Source: Abditibacterium sp. (lineage in GTDB: Bacteria; Armatimonadota; Abditibacteriia; Abditibacteriales; Abditibacteriaceae). Taken from it: DNA of 64,000 nucleotides. The DNA is taken from positions 256,001 through 320,000 of the forward strand of contig OZ251992.1 in the NCBI GenBank assembly GCA_965246885.1, written 5' to 3'. The stretch's first letter is position 1. Each line of letters opens with the position of its first letter. Both the position numbers and the translations under genes were made by a program. Of this stretch, positions 18,168 to 27,404 are shown in pieces. Below the pieces are notes generated by a model. It was not told the DNA's origin, searched no databases, and worked only from the letters and a program-made list of their open reading frames with translations.

Positions 18168-19874
18168 ATGAAGAAGTCAGGATCACCGAACGATCGAATA
18201 TGGACGTTTTTGCTGGCCATCGGGATGTTTTTCCTTATCCAGCATTTCATGGGAGCGCCGCCGAGCAAGGCGCGCCCGGCCCCGGCGTTCGCCACCGTTT
18301 TCGCGGGGATAGACCCCGCCCAAGGCGCGCCCCCCACCCCCGCGACGGCGCCGCTCACGCCCGCAACGGCCAATGCCGAAGTGACCAAGCTGCAAGCGAA
18401 CATTGCCGCGAACGATTCCGACGACCTCGCGCGCTGGTCGAAGATGCGACTGGCGCTTATCCAGCAATACGTGACGGGAACGCTGCAAACCAAGACGCGC
18501 AAAGTCGGCATGTTTCCGCTCGCCCAGTTGGGAGTGAGCGCGCCGCCCTTCACGCATGATCAGACCTATTACCCCGCGTATGAGGACATCTACTACGCGG
18601 ATGGAACCGACTCCCTTGGTGCGCAGGCGATGTACCAAGCGGGCGACTTGCTGTGGCGACAGTCGCTCAAAGACCCCTCTTTGGGCGATTCGTCGGTCGC
18701 AGTGTTTGAAAACATCCTCGTCCACGAGCGCGGCAACGCCCTGCTTCCGGGCCGCGCGCGCTCATTTGCGAACCTGCCCATCTACGTTCCCACGCAAGTA
18801 GACCCCGCGAAGGTGCCCCTCACCGGCCCGCCGCCGAGCGGCTTTCACCTCGTGAAGATCGGCGACCTTAAGGGGACAGTCGCCGCGCCCAATCCGCAGG
18901 GCATCGCCGACCGCATGGACGCGCACTACCAGCCGACCTTTTTGTACCGGGTCTTTGACTCGTTCGTGCGGGCGCTTGGTTCCAACCCGCTCTTTTCGTA
19001 TGGCATCGCCGTCTTGATTTTCTCGGTCTTGCTCCGCTCGGCGACGCAGCCCATCTACAAGAAGCAATACGACAGCATGAAGGGCATGGCCGCCATTGCG
19101 CCGGAAATGAAGAAGATACAGGAGCGGTATAAGGGCAAGACCGAGCAGAGCGCGCAAATGGAGCAGATGAAGGAGATACAGGAGTTGCAGCGACGGCACG
19201 GCGTTAATCCGATGCTTGGTTGCGGCCTGTCGGTGCTGCAACTGCCGATTCTGTTTCTGCTCGTGTATCCGACCATCCAGCACTACGAGCCGCGTATGGA
19301 GTTGGTAGGCGCGCAGTTCCTTTGGATTGGCGCGCTCGCGCGGCCCGATTTGCTTTTGCTGGTGCTGTATGCCGCTTCGATGTTCCTTTCGATGCGCTTA
19401 AGCGCCACGCCCGCCGCCGATGAGTCGCAGCGCCAACAGCAGCAGATGATGACCCGGATATTCATGTTCTTCCCGTTGCTGATGTCCACCTACCCGGCGG
19501 CGTTCTTGATGTATTGGACGACGACCAACCTGCTCTCCACCGCCTTTCAATGGCGCCTGATGAAGAAGGCCGATCCGTCGAAAAACTTCTGGCTCGCGCT
19601 ACGCGGGGATGGTCTCAACACCGTCGCGGCGACGGCGGGGAGCGACGCCGTCGCGCCGCGCCCAACCGGGCTGAATGGCAACGGAGCGGCGAAGCCGGTC
19701 AAAGTCCAAACGAAAACGCCCTCCCTCAACGGAACAGTGGACGGCCAGAACCGCGCCTTGGACGAAAAAGGCGCGAAGAACGGCGCGGGGGGCGCGCATA
19801 AATCGGCGCCCAACGGCATCGTGCTTGGCCCCAGCGCGGACGAGGTCGAGCGGCGCAAGAAGAAGCGCAAGTAA
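18168..19874 (+). CDS. yidC: membrane protein insertase YidC
   Basis: YGIAVLIFSVLLR, SMKGMAAIAPEMKKIQERYK, GVNPMLGC..LQLPI and YWTTTNL motifs; position after rnpA/yidD. Confidence 0.92.
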   Translation: MKKSGSPNDRIWTFLLAIGMFFLIQHFMGAPPSKARPAPAFATVFAGIDPAQGAPPTPATAPLTPATANAEVTKLQANIAANDSDDLARWSKMRLALIQQYVTGTLQTKTRKVGMFPLAQLGVSAPPFTHDQTYYPAYEDIYYADGTDSLGAQAMYQAGDLLWRQSLKDPSLGDSSVAVFENILVHERGNALLPGRARSFANLPIYVPTQVDPAKVPLTGPPPSGFHLVKIGDLKGTVAAPNPQGIADRMDAHYQPTFLYRVFDSFVRALGSNPLFSYGIAVLIFSVLLRSATQPIYKKQYDSMKGMAAIAPEMKKIQERYKGKTEQSAQMEQMKEIQELQRRHGVNPMLGCGLSVLQLPILFLLVYPTIQHYEPRMELVGAQFLWIGALARPDLLLLVLYAASMFLSMRLSATPAADESQRQQQQMMTRIFMFFPLLMSTYPAAFLMYWTTTNLLSTAFQWRLMKKADPSKNFWLALRGDGLNTVAATAGSDAVAPRPTGLNGNGAAKPVKVQTKTPSLNGTVDGQNRALDEKGAKNGAGGAHKSAPNGIVLGPSADEVERRKKKRK

Positions 19875-19875
19875 G

Positions 19876-19907
19876 GGGCGTCCCTGCCAGAACTGGCAGG
19901 GACGCCC
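19876..19907 (+). terminator. 15-bp stem-loop after yidC
   Basis: GGGCGTCCCTGCCAG-AA-CTGGCAGGGACGCCC; no clear U-tract. Confidence 0.55.
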
Positions 19908-19966
19908 GACTTGACAGGCGCGTTCCTACCCAACCACTGAGCGGCGACTTTACACTAAGGCACCAC

Positions 19967-21088
19967 ATGGCCCAACCCAAGAAATTTAGCCCCATGCGCT
20001 ACACCGCCGCTTCCGAAGAGGCGGCAGTGGACGGCGCCCTCCTGTTAGCGGGCGTCGGGCGCGACGACGTGGATTACGACGTTCTCGACCGAACCGAAAA
20101 AGGCGTCACCGTGCGCATTTACCCGCGCGGCGAAGGCACTTCTGCCGCCCCGTCCGCCCCTGCGCCCAGCAAAGAGTCCGAACCCGCGACGCCCTACGGC
20201 TCTTTCGGCTACAACTCCTCGCCCACCCCGACGCCTGCGCCCGCTTCGCCCCGCACTTTTGGCGCATCTGCCCCGACGCCCGCCCCGCCCGAACCGGTCG
20301 CCGCCGCTTTATTAGAAGACGAGGCCGATGAAGATGACGCCCTTGAAGAAAGCGCGGTTTCCGTTGGCCTCGCGTCTGACCCCGAAGAAGCCGGAGAGGG
20401 CGAGGGCCGCCCGCGCCCATCGGAGCGCAACGGTTACAACCGCCAACTGTCCGCCAAAGCGCGCGCCCAAGCCCAAGAGTTCCTCAACCGCATGGGCCTC
20501 GAAGCCGAAGCCCGCTTTGGGCGCGGTTTCAACGAGAGCACCATTCCGCTTTTCCTTGATGGCCCGGATGTCGGCATCATTATCGGCAAGCACGGCGCCA
20601 CGCTTCAGTCCTTTCAATACTTGCTTAACCTCACCGTCAACAACGTGGACGGCTTGGGCGGCGATCCCGAAGGCGGCGTGCGCGTTACGGTGGATGCCGG
20701 GAAGTATCGCCAGCGCCGCACCACCAGCCTCGAAGCCACCGCCCGCCAAGCCGCCAACAAAGCGCGACGCGAAGGGCGTCCCATCCGACTGGAGCCGATG
20801 CCCTCGCACGAGCGCCGCATCGTGCACCTGTATTTAACGAGCGTCGCCGAAGTTTCGAGCGTGAGCGAAGGCAAAGAGCCGACGCGCCGCGTCGTCGTGA
20901 CGCCCTCGAACACCGTTCCCAACCCGAATTTCCGCCCCGTCATGCCCGCCCGTTCGGGTCGCTCCGGCGGAGGAAGCGACCGGTCGGGCGGCGGCATGGG
21001 CAGTTTCAGTCGCGGACGCCGCCCCGACGGTCGCTCCGGCGGCAATGCGGGTTCGGGTGGCGGTGGCGGCTTCAATCGCGGACGCTGA
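19967..21088 (+). CDS. jag: Jag/KhpB (EloR) RNA-binding protein
   Basis: KH motif IIGKHGATLQSFQYL; R3H motif LEPMPSHERRIVH; Gly/Arg-rich tail. Confidence 0.92.
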   Translation: MAQPKKFSPMRYTAASEEAAVDGALLLAGVGRDDVDYDVLDRTEKGVTVRIYPRGEGTSAAPSAPAPSKESEPATPYGSFGYNSSPTPTPAPASPRTFGASAPTPAPPEPVAAALLEDEADEDDALEESAVSVGLASDPEEAGEGEGRPRPSERNGYNRQLSAKARAQAQEFLNRMGLEAEARFGRGFNESTIPLFLDGPDVGIIIGKHGATLQSFQYLLNLTVNNVDGLGGDPEGGVRVTVDAGKYRQRRTTSLEATARQAANKARREGRPIRLEPMPSHERRIVHLYLTSVAEVSSVSEGKEPTRRVVVTPSNTVPNPNFRPVMPARSGRSGGGSDRSGGGMGSFSRGRRPDGRSGGNAGSGGGGGFNRGR

Positions 21089-21107
21089 TCTTCTTTCTTC
21101 TTCGACC

Positions 21108-21539
21108 GTGTTCAAGCCCACCAAGAAAGCCAAGCCCAAACCCGACCGCGCGGGCGCGCGCAAGCAGTTTCTGGCGTTGCGCCCGCTCCGCAACCCCGTT
21201 ATCGAGGAGGAGGATGCCGAAGGGCGGGTGTTGCTCATCATCACTCCGCCCGACACGCGGCTCTCGAAGATACTCGGCTTCTTTTTGCCGCTCTCGCCCG
21301 AAGAGCGCCGCAAGCGCGTGGTGCTCGATCCCATCGGCTCGCACGTGTGGCGGCTGTGCGACGGGCAGACCACGATGGACGCCATCTCCAAGTCGCTGCA
21401 GAAAACCTTTAAACTGGGCGTCCTTGAAGCCGAGCAGTCGCTGCGCCAGTTCTTCCAAACGCTGGGGAAACGCGGCTACGTCGGCTTTGTCCAACCCAAT
21501 AGAAAAGGGGCCGAGGAGAAGAGGAGCGGAGGAGCGTAG
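21108..21539 (+). CDS. PqqD-like winged-helix (RRE-fold) protein
   Basis: LDPIGSHVWRLCDGQTTMDAI...L..FFQTLGKRGYV pattern; GTG start assumed. Confidence 0.7.
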   Translation: MFKPTKKAKPKPDRAGARKQFLALRPLRNPVIEEEDAEGRVLLIITPPDTRLSKILGFFLPLSPEERRKRVVLDPIGSHVWRLCDGQTTMDAISKSLQKTFKLGVLEAEQSLRQFFQTLGKRGYVGFVQPNRKGAEEKRSGGA

Positions 21540-21581
21540 CGCCTTCATTCCGCACTTCGCGCTCCCCGCTCCGCACTCAAT

Positions 21582-22181
21582 ATGGCCACCCTTTCTCCGA
21601 CGCGCGTCGAGCGCCAAATTTCCCTTCCGTTCAACCAAGCGTTTAAAATCGCGCTGCGCAACATCACCATTCGCTTGGGCCGCGCCATGATTACCGGCGC
21701 CGGAACGATGCTGGGCATCGCGTTCTTGATGAGCGTCTTCGCGTCGAAGTTGGTGCTACAAGCCAAGGGCGTGACGCTCGAACCGTCGCAGATACAAAAG
21801 TCCAACTGGCTGGTTTCGATGTCGCTTCTGGTGTGCTTTGTCGGCATCACCAACTCGATGCTGATGAGCGTGACCGAGCGCTACAAGGAAATCGGGACGT
21901 TCAAGTGCTTGGGCGCGCTGGATAAGTTCATCATTAACCTGTTCCTCATCGAGTCGGCGTTGCTCGGTTTCTTCGGTTCGCTGATTGGCGCCGTCGTCGG
22001 TCTGTTGTTCACGCTCATTACGAACATCGGCGTCATCACGCGCTTGAACTGGGGCGCGGCACTGCTGAACTTGCTCGCGTGCGTTGCCATCGGCACCTTC
22101 CTGAGTATTGCCGCCGCCATCCCGCCCGCCATGCGCGCCGCCAAAATGCAGGCCGTTGACGCCATGCGCACGGAGGTCTGA
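21582..22181 (+). CDS. FtsX/MacB-type ABC permease (minimal, four TM)
   Basis: GITNSMLMSVTERYKEIGTFKCLGA and PAMRAAKMQAVDAMR motifs. Confidence 0.88.
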   Translation: MATLSPTRVERQISLPFNQAFKIALRNITIRLGRAMITGAGTMLGIAFLMSVFASKLVLQAKGVTLEPSQIQKSNWLVSMSLLVCFVGITNSMLMSVTERYKEIGTFKCLGALDKFIINLFLIESALLGFFGSLIGAVVGLLFTLITNIGVITRLNWGAALLNLLACVAIGTFLSIAAAIPPAMRAAKMQAVDAMRTEV

Positions 22182-22220
22182 GGCGCCGCTTAAACTCTCG
22201 CTACTTATAAAAGAACTTCC

Positions 22221-23096
22221 ATGACCCCGACCGACACCACCGCCACCATTCCCGCGCCCGTCCCCTCTGCCGATGAAGCCTACAATGCGAGCGAGAACAT
22301 CGTCCGCGTGCGCGGCGTGAAGCGCACCTATTACATTGGCGAGAACCCCGTCCACGCGCTGCGCGGCATTGACCTCGACATCAAGCGCGGCGAGTTCATG
22401 GCCATCATGGGGCCGTCGGGGTCGGGCAAGTCCACTCTCTTTAACATGGTCGGCGGCTTGGATAAGCCCACGTCCGGCACCGTCTTTATCGACGAAGTGG
22501 ACATCGCGCAACTCGACCCCGGCGAGCTGGCGTGGCTGCGGTGCCGCAAGATCGGCTACATCTTCCAAACGTTCAACCTCATCCCCGTGATGACGGCGCT
22601 CGAAAACGTGACGCTTCCGATGATCTTCGCGGGCGCGACCCTTGAAGAGCAGATGGAAAAAGGGCGCCGCCTGCTCGAACTGGTGGGACTTGGCCACCGC
22701 TTGCACAACAAGCCGGGGCAATTATCAGGCGGGCAACAGCAGCGCGTCGCCATTGCACGGGCGCTTGCCAACGACCCGGCGATTATCCTCGCCGACGAGC
22801 CGACGGGCAACCTCGACCAGAAAGTGGGCGAAGAGATCATCCAGATGCTCAAGCGCCTGAACAAGGAATCGGGCGTTACCATCATCACCGCCACGCACGA
22901 CGACAAGATGTATAAGCGTAGCGACCGCGTCGCCATCGTCATAGACGGCGAAATCGTCACCGTCGTCCCGCCCGCCCTGCTCGGCGACAACACCGTTGAC
23001 GGCTTCCTCCAACAAATGCGCGACGACAAAGAAGCCGCCGAAGCCGCCGCCGTGACCGCCACGAACGAGACGATAGTGGAAGCGGACAAGGCGTAG
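22221..23096 (+). CDS. ABC ATP-binding protein (LolD/FtsE-like)
   Basis: GPSGSGKST, LSGGQQQRVAIARAL and LADEPTGNLD motifs. Confidence 0.93.
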   Translation: MTPTDTTATIPAPVPSADEAYNASENIVRVRGVKRTYYIGENPVHALRGIDLDIKRGEFMAIMGPSGSGKSTLFNMVGGLDKPTSGTVFIDEVDIAQLDPGELAWLRCRKIGYIFQTFNLIPVMTALENVTLPMIFAGATLEEQMEKGRRLLELVGLGHRLHNKPGQLSGGQQQRVAIARALANDPAIILADEPTGNLDQKVGEEIIQMLKRLNKESGVTIITATHDDKMYKRSDRVAIVIDGEIVTVVPPALLGDNTVDGFLQQMRDDKEAAEAAAVTATNETIVEADKA

Positions 23097-23121
23097 AAGC
23101 CAGACGCTTGGACACGTCCTA

Positions 23122-23257
23122 AAGGACGTGGCAAGGAGCCTGCGGCTGGCCGTGCTCCGCACGATGCGCGAGCGTCACTGAGTTGCGTACGCGCAATGCT
23201 GCTGCAATTGCCACCCGTGCGGAGCACGGCCAGCCGCAGGCTCCTTGCCACGTCCTT
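23122..23257. repeat. REPIN/MITE-like element with 42-bp perfect inverted arms
   Basis: Arm 23122-23163 (AAGGACGTGGCAAGGAGCCTGCGGCTGGCCGTGCTCCGCACG) is the exact reverse complement of 23216-23257; 52-nt spacer. Confidence 0.85.
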
Positions 23258-23281
23258 ATCCCCGTTTTGTAACCTGTTCCC

Positions 23282-23890
23282 ATGCAAAGCGCGGATGATT
23301 TAGGGTTGGTGCTGGTGATTTCGGGGCCGTCGGGCGTCGGGAAGGATACGGTTTGGCAGCACGCGCAGGCGTGCCTCCCGACTTTTGCGCGGGCCGTCAC
23401 TTGCACGACGCGGCCCCGGCGCCCGCATGAAGTCGAGGGGCGCGACTACTACTTCCTCTCCAACGAGGAGTTCGCGCACATGATCGCGCACGACGAACTC
23501 ATCGAACATGCCCAAGTGCACGGCAACTTCTACGGCGTTCCCGAACGCTCCATCTTCGAGCGCATCAACAACGGGCTGGATGTCGTGTGCGTGATAGACG
23601 TGCAAGGCGCCCTGCGCATCCGCCGCCTGTTCCCGACCGCCGTCCTCGTCTTCATCCGCCCGCCGCACGGCCACGAAGAGCGCGTTCTCGCCGAGCGCAT
23701 CCAAGCCCGCCAAGAGGTAGACCCGTCCGAACTTCAAACCCGCCTCCAAACCGCGACGTGGGAAATGTCGCAAGTCCACCTCTACGACTTCGAGATCACC
23801 AACGACGACCTCTCCCGCGCGTCCGGCGAACTGTGCCGACTTGTGAGCGCGGAGAAAGCGCGACGCGGGGAGAGGTTGGAGGTGGAATAA
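23282..23890 (+). CDS. gmk: guanylate kinase
   Basis: SGPSGVGKDT, TTRPRRPHEVEGRDYYF, HGNFYG and IDVQGA motifs. Confidence 0.95.
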   Translation: MQSADDLGLVLVISGPSGVGKDTVWQHAQACLPTFARAVTCTTRPRRPHEVEGRDYYFLSNEEFAHMIAHDELIEHAQVHGNFYGVPERSIFERINNGLDVVCVIDVQGALRIRRLFPTAVLVFIRPPHGHEERVLAERIQARQEVDPSELQTRLQTATWEMSQVHLYDFEITNDDLSRASGELCRLVSAEKARRGERLEVE

Positions 23891-23893
23891 GGA

Positions 23894-24169
23894 ATGAAAC
23901 AGCCCTTGGGCCGCGCGTTCGACCGTTTCCTTGACTTGTTCGGCCATTTGATGGTGGGCGGCACGGTCGGCGGCGTGTTGGGCATGAGCCTCTACACCTT
24001 TAACCGCATTATTTTGTCGGCACTCCACGCCAACGCCGTCCGCATCGGCCCGCACCTACGCTTGGGTAGCACCATCGAATCCCTCACCATGATCTCCTGC
24101 ATGCTCGGCGGGTTAGCCTATGGCGCGCATCGCTACAGCCGCGCGGCCAAGCGGCACCCGCCTCACTAA
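23894..24169 (+). CDS. small membrane protein, hypothetical
   Basis: 91 aa with two hydrophobic segments, 3 nt after gmk. Confidence 0.6.
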   Translation: MKQPLGRAFDRFLDLFGHLMVGGTVGGVLGMSLYTFNRIILSALHANAVRIGPHLRLGSTIESLTMISCMLGGLAYGAHRYSRAAKRHPPH

Positions 24170-25044
24170 ACCCGTTCATTCCTCAGTTTCTCCCGCAGCG
24201 CCTTATAAAACTCCCCCGCGTCCAACGTCGCGGGGAGGCCCGACACGCCGCCGTCGCCCATTTCGATGAGTAGCCATGAGCCGTCTTCGCGCTGCGCCAT
24301 GTCGAGGGTAAAAAAGCGGCTGGGACACCGGTGCGCTATCTGGCGAAGCGGTTCCACATCCGGCGTTTCATCGCCATTGGGGTTGGGCGAAAGGGACAGC
24401 AGCTTCCCATTCAGCCAAAACGAGCGCCATTCTCCGGGACGCAATTGCTCGAAGCGGCGGAAGACAAGGCCGCCGGTCAAGTTGTCGCCCGTGAGTTCCA
24501 AAAAGCGCCCGACGACGCGGCGCACACCCGCTTCGTCACTCGAATCGGGCACGAAGCACGCGGCGTCCCACTCCTGCTTTTGCGATTTGACCCAGTCTTT
24601 GACGACGACCGCCGCGCCGCCGAACGGCTTAAGCGTCTCGAAGATGGGCGTCCACGTGGCGGCGCCATCGCGCTCGAACCGGGCGCGCTCTATCCACCGG
24701 GTTTCGGGCAAGAAGTCGCGCCAAAAGCTGTAGTTCTCCGGCGCGTGGTGAGCGAAGCGATACTGTTCCGCGTCGTTGAGTAGGTGCCAGCCGCGCTTTT
24801 GCAGGCCATCGAACAATCGCTTGTAATCGGCGGCGCGTAGCATCCAGCCGCGATAAACGAGAGTTTGCTGGTCGTCGCTTTCGGGGACGCGCCGCAATAC
24901 CGCGTCCAAACGGTCGCCGCGCCGCAAGCCGTCGAAGTCGAAGATGGCCGTCTCGAATCCGGCGGCTTGCGCGGCGTCCCACTCGGCGCGGTAATGGCGC
25001 TCGACTTCGTGCCGTTCGAGGGAATCGGCGGGAAAGAGAATCAT
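24166..25044 (-). CDS. ATP-grasp domain protein (R2K-like)
   Basis: YRGWML, VKDWVKSQK.EW..ACF, EWRSF and FTLDMA..EDGSWLLIEMGDGGVSG motifs. Confidence 0.8.
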   Translation of the reverse strand: MILFPADSLERHEVERHYRAEWDAAQAAGFETAIFDFDGLRRGDRLDAVLRRVPESDDQQTLVYRGWMLRAADYKRLFDGLQKRGWHLLNDAEQYRFAHHAPENYSFWRDFLPETRWIERARFERDGAATWTPIFETLKPFGGAAVVVKDWVKSQKQEWDAACFVPDSSDEAGVRRVVGRFLELTGDNLTGGLVFRRFEQLRPGEWRSFWLNGKLLSLSPNPNGDETPDVEPLRQIAHRCPSRFFTLDMAQREDGSWLLIEMGDGGVSGLPATLDAGEFYKALREKLRNERV

Positions 25045-25074
25045 GTCCCCAGTTTGTGCGTCGAGACTCCCATT

Positions 25075-26286
25075 ATGCACGGCAAAACAATCGTTCTGGG
25101 CATCGGCGGCGGGATTGCTGCCTACAAAATCGCGGATTTGGCGTCGAAACTAACGCAACGGGGAGCGGATGTGCATGCCGTCTTGACGCAGGCGGCCACG
25201 CGTTTCATTGCGCCGCTTACCTTTACGGCTTTGACGCACAATCCGGCTCAAACGGAGCTTTGGCCGACCGGCGAAGGAGCGCGCGCGGGACTTGCGGCGG
25301 GGATGCCGCACATCGAGTTGGCGGACAAGGCGGACTTGGTATTCATTGCGCCCGCGTCGGCGGACTTGCTGGCGCGCTTGGCGGGCGGGTTCGCGGATGA
25401 TTTGCTGACGACGTTGGTAAGCGCAACGCGCGCGCCGATTGCCGTTGCGCCCGCGATGAACCCCACCATGCTCGCACGTCCCGCGACGGTGCGCAACTTG
25501 GCGACGTTGCGAGCGGACGGGTTTCACATCATCGAGCCGGACGCGGGGCGCATGGCGTGCGAGCACGTCGGAACGGGGCGCTTGCCCGAAACGGCGGAGT
25601 TGCTGGAGCGCATCGAAGGGCTGCTGTTTCCCCGGCGCGACTTGGCGGGGAAGCGGGTGTTGATTACGGCGGGACCGACGCGCGAAGCGCTTGACCCGGT
25701 GAGGTTTCTGTCGAACCGCTCGTCGGGCAAGATGGGCTTCGCGCTCGCCCAAGTCGCGCGGGAGCGGGGGGCGAGCGTGACGCTCGTGTGCGGCCCAACG
25801 TCCGTTCCGCCGCCAGACGGGGTGGAAGTGGTGCGCGTCGAGACGGCGGAGCAGATGCTCGCGGCGACGCTTGGGGTGTTCGAGGCGTGCGACATCCTCG
25901 TCGCGTGCGCGGCGCCCGCCGATTTCCGCGCCGCCGCGCCCGCCGCTCAAAAGATAAAGCGCGGCGAGTTGCAAACCCTGTCGCTCGAACTGGTCGCCAA
26001 CCCCGATATTGTGGGAGCGTGCGGCGCGCGCAAGCGGGCGAATCAGTTGGTAATTGGCTTCGCGGCGGAAACGGAGAACTTGGAAACCAACGCGCGGCGC
26101 AAATTGGCGGAGAAACACTTGGACGCGGTGATTGCCAACGATGTGTCGCAAAGCGGCGCGGGGTTCGATGCGGATTCCAACGCGGCGACGTTCATCACGC
26201 AAACGGGGAGGGTGCAGTGGGAGCTACTGAGCAAGACCGCGCTGGCGGGCCACGTGTGGGATGAAGTGGCGCGTTTGTGTCCGTAA
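25075..26286 (+). CDS. coaBC: phosphopantothenoylcysteine decarboxylase / phosphopantothenate-cysteine ligase
   Basis: GGIAAYK, HIELA, APAMN, GRMAC, TAGPTREALDPVRFLSNRSSGKMG and GFAAET motifs. Confidence 0.96.
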   Translation: MHGKTIVLGIGGGIAAYKIADLASKLTQRGADVHAVLTQAATRFIAPLTFTALTHNPAQTELWPTGEGARAGLAAGMPHIELADKADLVFIAPASADLLARLAGGFADDLLTTLVSATRAPIAVAPAMNPTMLARPATVRNLATLRADGFHIIEPDAGRMACEHVGTGRLPETAELLERIEGLLFPRRDLAGKRVLITAGPTREALDPVRFLSNRSSGKMGFALAQVARERGASVTLVCGPTSVPPPDGVEVVRVETAEQMLAATLGVFEACDILVACAAPADFRAAAPAAQKIKRGELQTLSLELVANPDIVGACGARKRANQLVIGFAAETENLETNARRKLAEKHLDAVIANDVSQSGAGFDADSNAATFITQTGRVQWELLSKTALAGHVWDEVARLCP

Positions 26287-26387
26287 CCGCAGAAAAGAAG
26301 TGGCGACGCGGAACCAAGTGTTGTGTTTGCTACATTTTGAGGGTGCCCGTTTGCGTCTGGCCGCGAACGTGCGCCCGCGCCCCCTTT

Positions 26388-27404
26388 ATGCCCCACCCCG
26401 CCGAAGCCGAATCGCTGCGCGCTCTTTTGTGCGAACTGCAGAACTCCATCCGCGACGCCCTACTGCACGAGCGGCGCGAGGTGGGCGAGGGAGACTGGGC
26501 AATTGTCGTCGGGCAAACGGGCGCCGACACCATTTACGCCCTCGACCGCATCTCCGAAGCGGCGATTAGCGCGTGGTTCGGGGCGCACTGGCCCACGTCG
26601 GAGCCGGTGGAAGTGGTGATGGAAGGATTGGAAGACGGCGAGGTCGTCACCTTCCCCCTCGGAACGCCGGTTGGAGAGACGAAGTGGAAGTGCATTCTCG
26701 ACCCGGTGGACGGCACACGCGGGCTGATGTATGACAAACGGAGCGCGTGGAGCTTGGCGGGTATCGCGCCGCAACGAGGTGCGGCGACGAACCTCGCCGA
26801 CATCTGCGTCGCGGCGATAACCGAACTGCCCACGAGCAAAGGGTATCTGGCCGATCAGGTGTCCGGCGTGGTGGGGTGCGGGCGCGCAGGGCTGGTGTGC
26901 CAGCGCGTCAACATCTTGGACGGCACGCGGGCCTCGTGGACGCCGCGCCCTTCGGCGGCGAGCGACTTCCGGCACGGATTTGCGGCCTTAGCGCGCTTTT
27001 TCCCCGAAGGCAAGGCGCTACTGGCGCGCGTCGAGGAGGAACTGTGGGGGGAACTGGTGGGGTTGGGACAGGAAGCGGCGCCGGTGGTGTTCGACGACCA
27101 GTACATCTCGACGGGCGGGCAACTGTTCGAGATTCTCGTCGGGCACGACCGCATGCAAGGCGACCTGCGGCCCTTGGCGTATGCAAAACTGGGGCTGCAC
27201 TCGACGCTGGCGTGCCATCCCTACGACATTTGCACGGCGTTCCTACTCCGAGAAGCGGGGGGCGTGGTGGAGGGGGTGCAGGGCGAACCGCTCCGCGCGC
27301 CACTCGATACCACAAGTTCGGTCTGTTGGATGGGGTATGCCAACGAAACGCTCGCGGCGCAGGTGCGGCCCGTGTTGCGGCGGCTGGTCGAGGTGCATTT
27401 ATGA
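26388..27404 (+). CDS. inositol monophosphatase/FBPase superfamily protein
   Basis: MEG...ILDPVDGTRG and HPYD motifs. Confidence 0.78.
   Translation: MPHPAEAESLRALLCELQNSIRDALLHERREVGEGDWAIVVGQTGADTIYALDRISEAAISAWFGAHWPTSEPVEVVMEGLEDGEVVTFPLGTPVGETKWKCILDPVDGTRGLMYDKRSAWSLAGIAPQRGAATNLADICVAAITELPTSKGYLADQVSGVVGCGRAGLVCQRVNILDGTRASWTPRPSAASDFRHGFAALARFFPEGKALLARVEEELWGELVGLGQEAAPVVFDDQYISTGGQLFEILVGHDRMQGDLRPLAYAKLGLHSTLACHPYDICTAFLLREAGGVVEGVQGEPLRAPLDTTSSVCWMGYANETLAAQVRPVLRRLVEVHL

Noticed and set aside
21108..23096. RiPP or PQQ biosynthetic cluster
   Set aside because: No precursor peptide, radical SAM enzyme or other maturase nearby.
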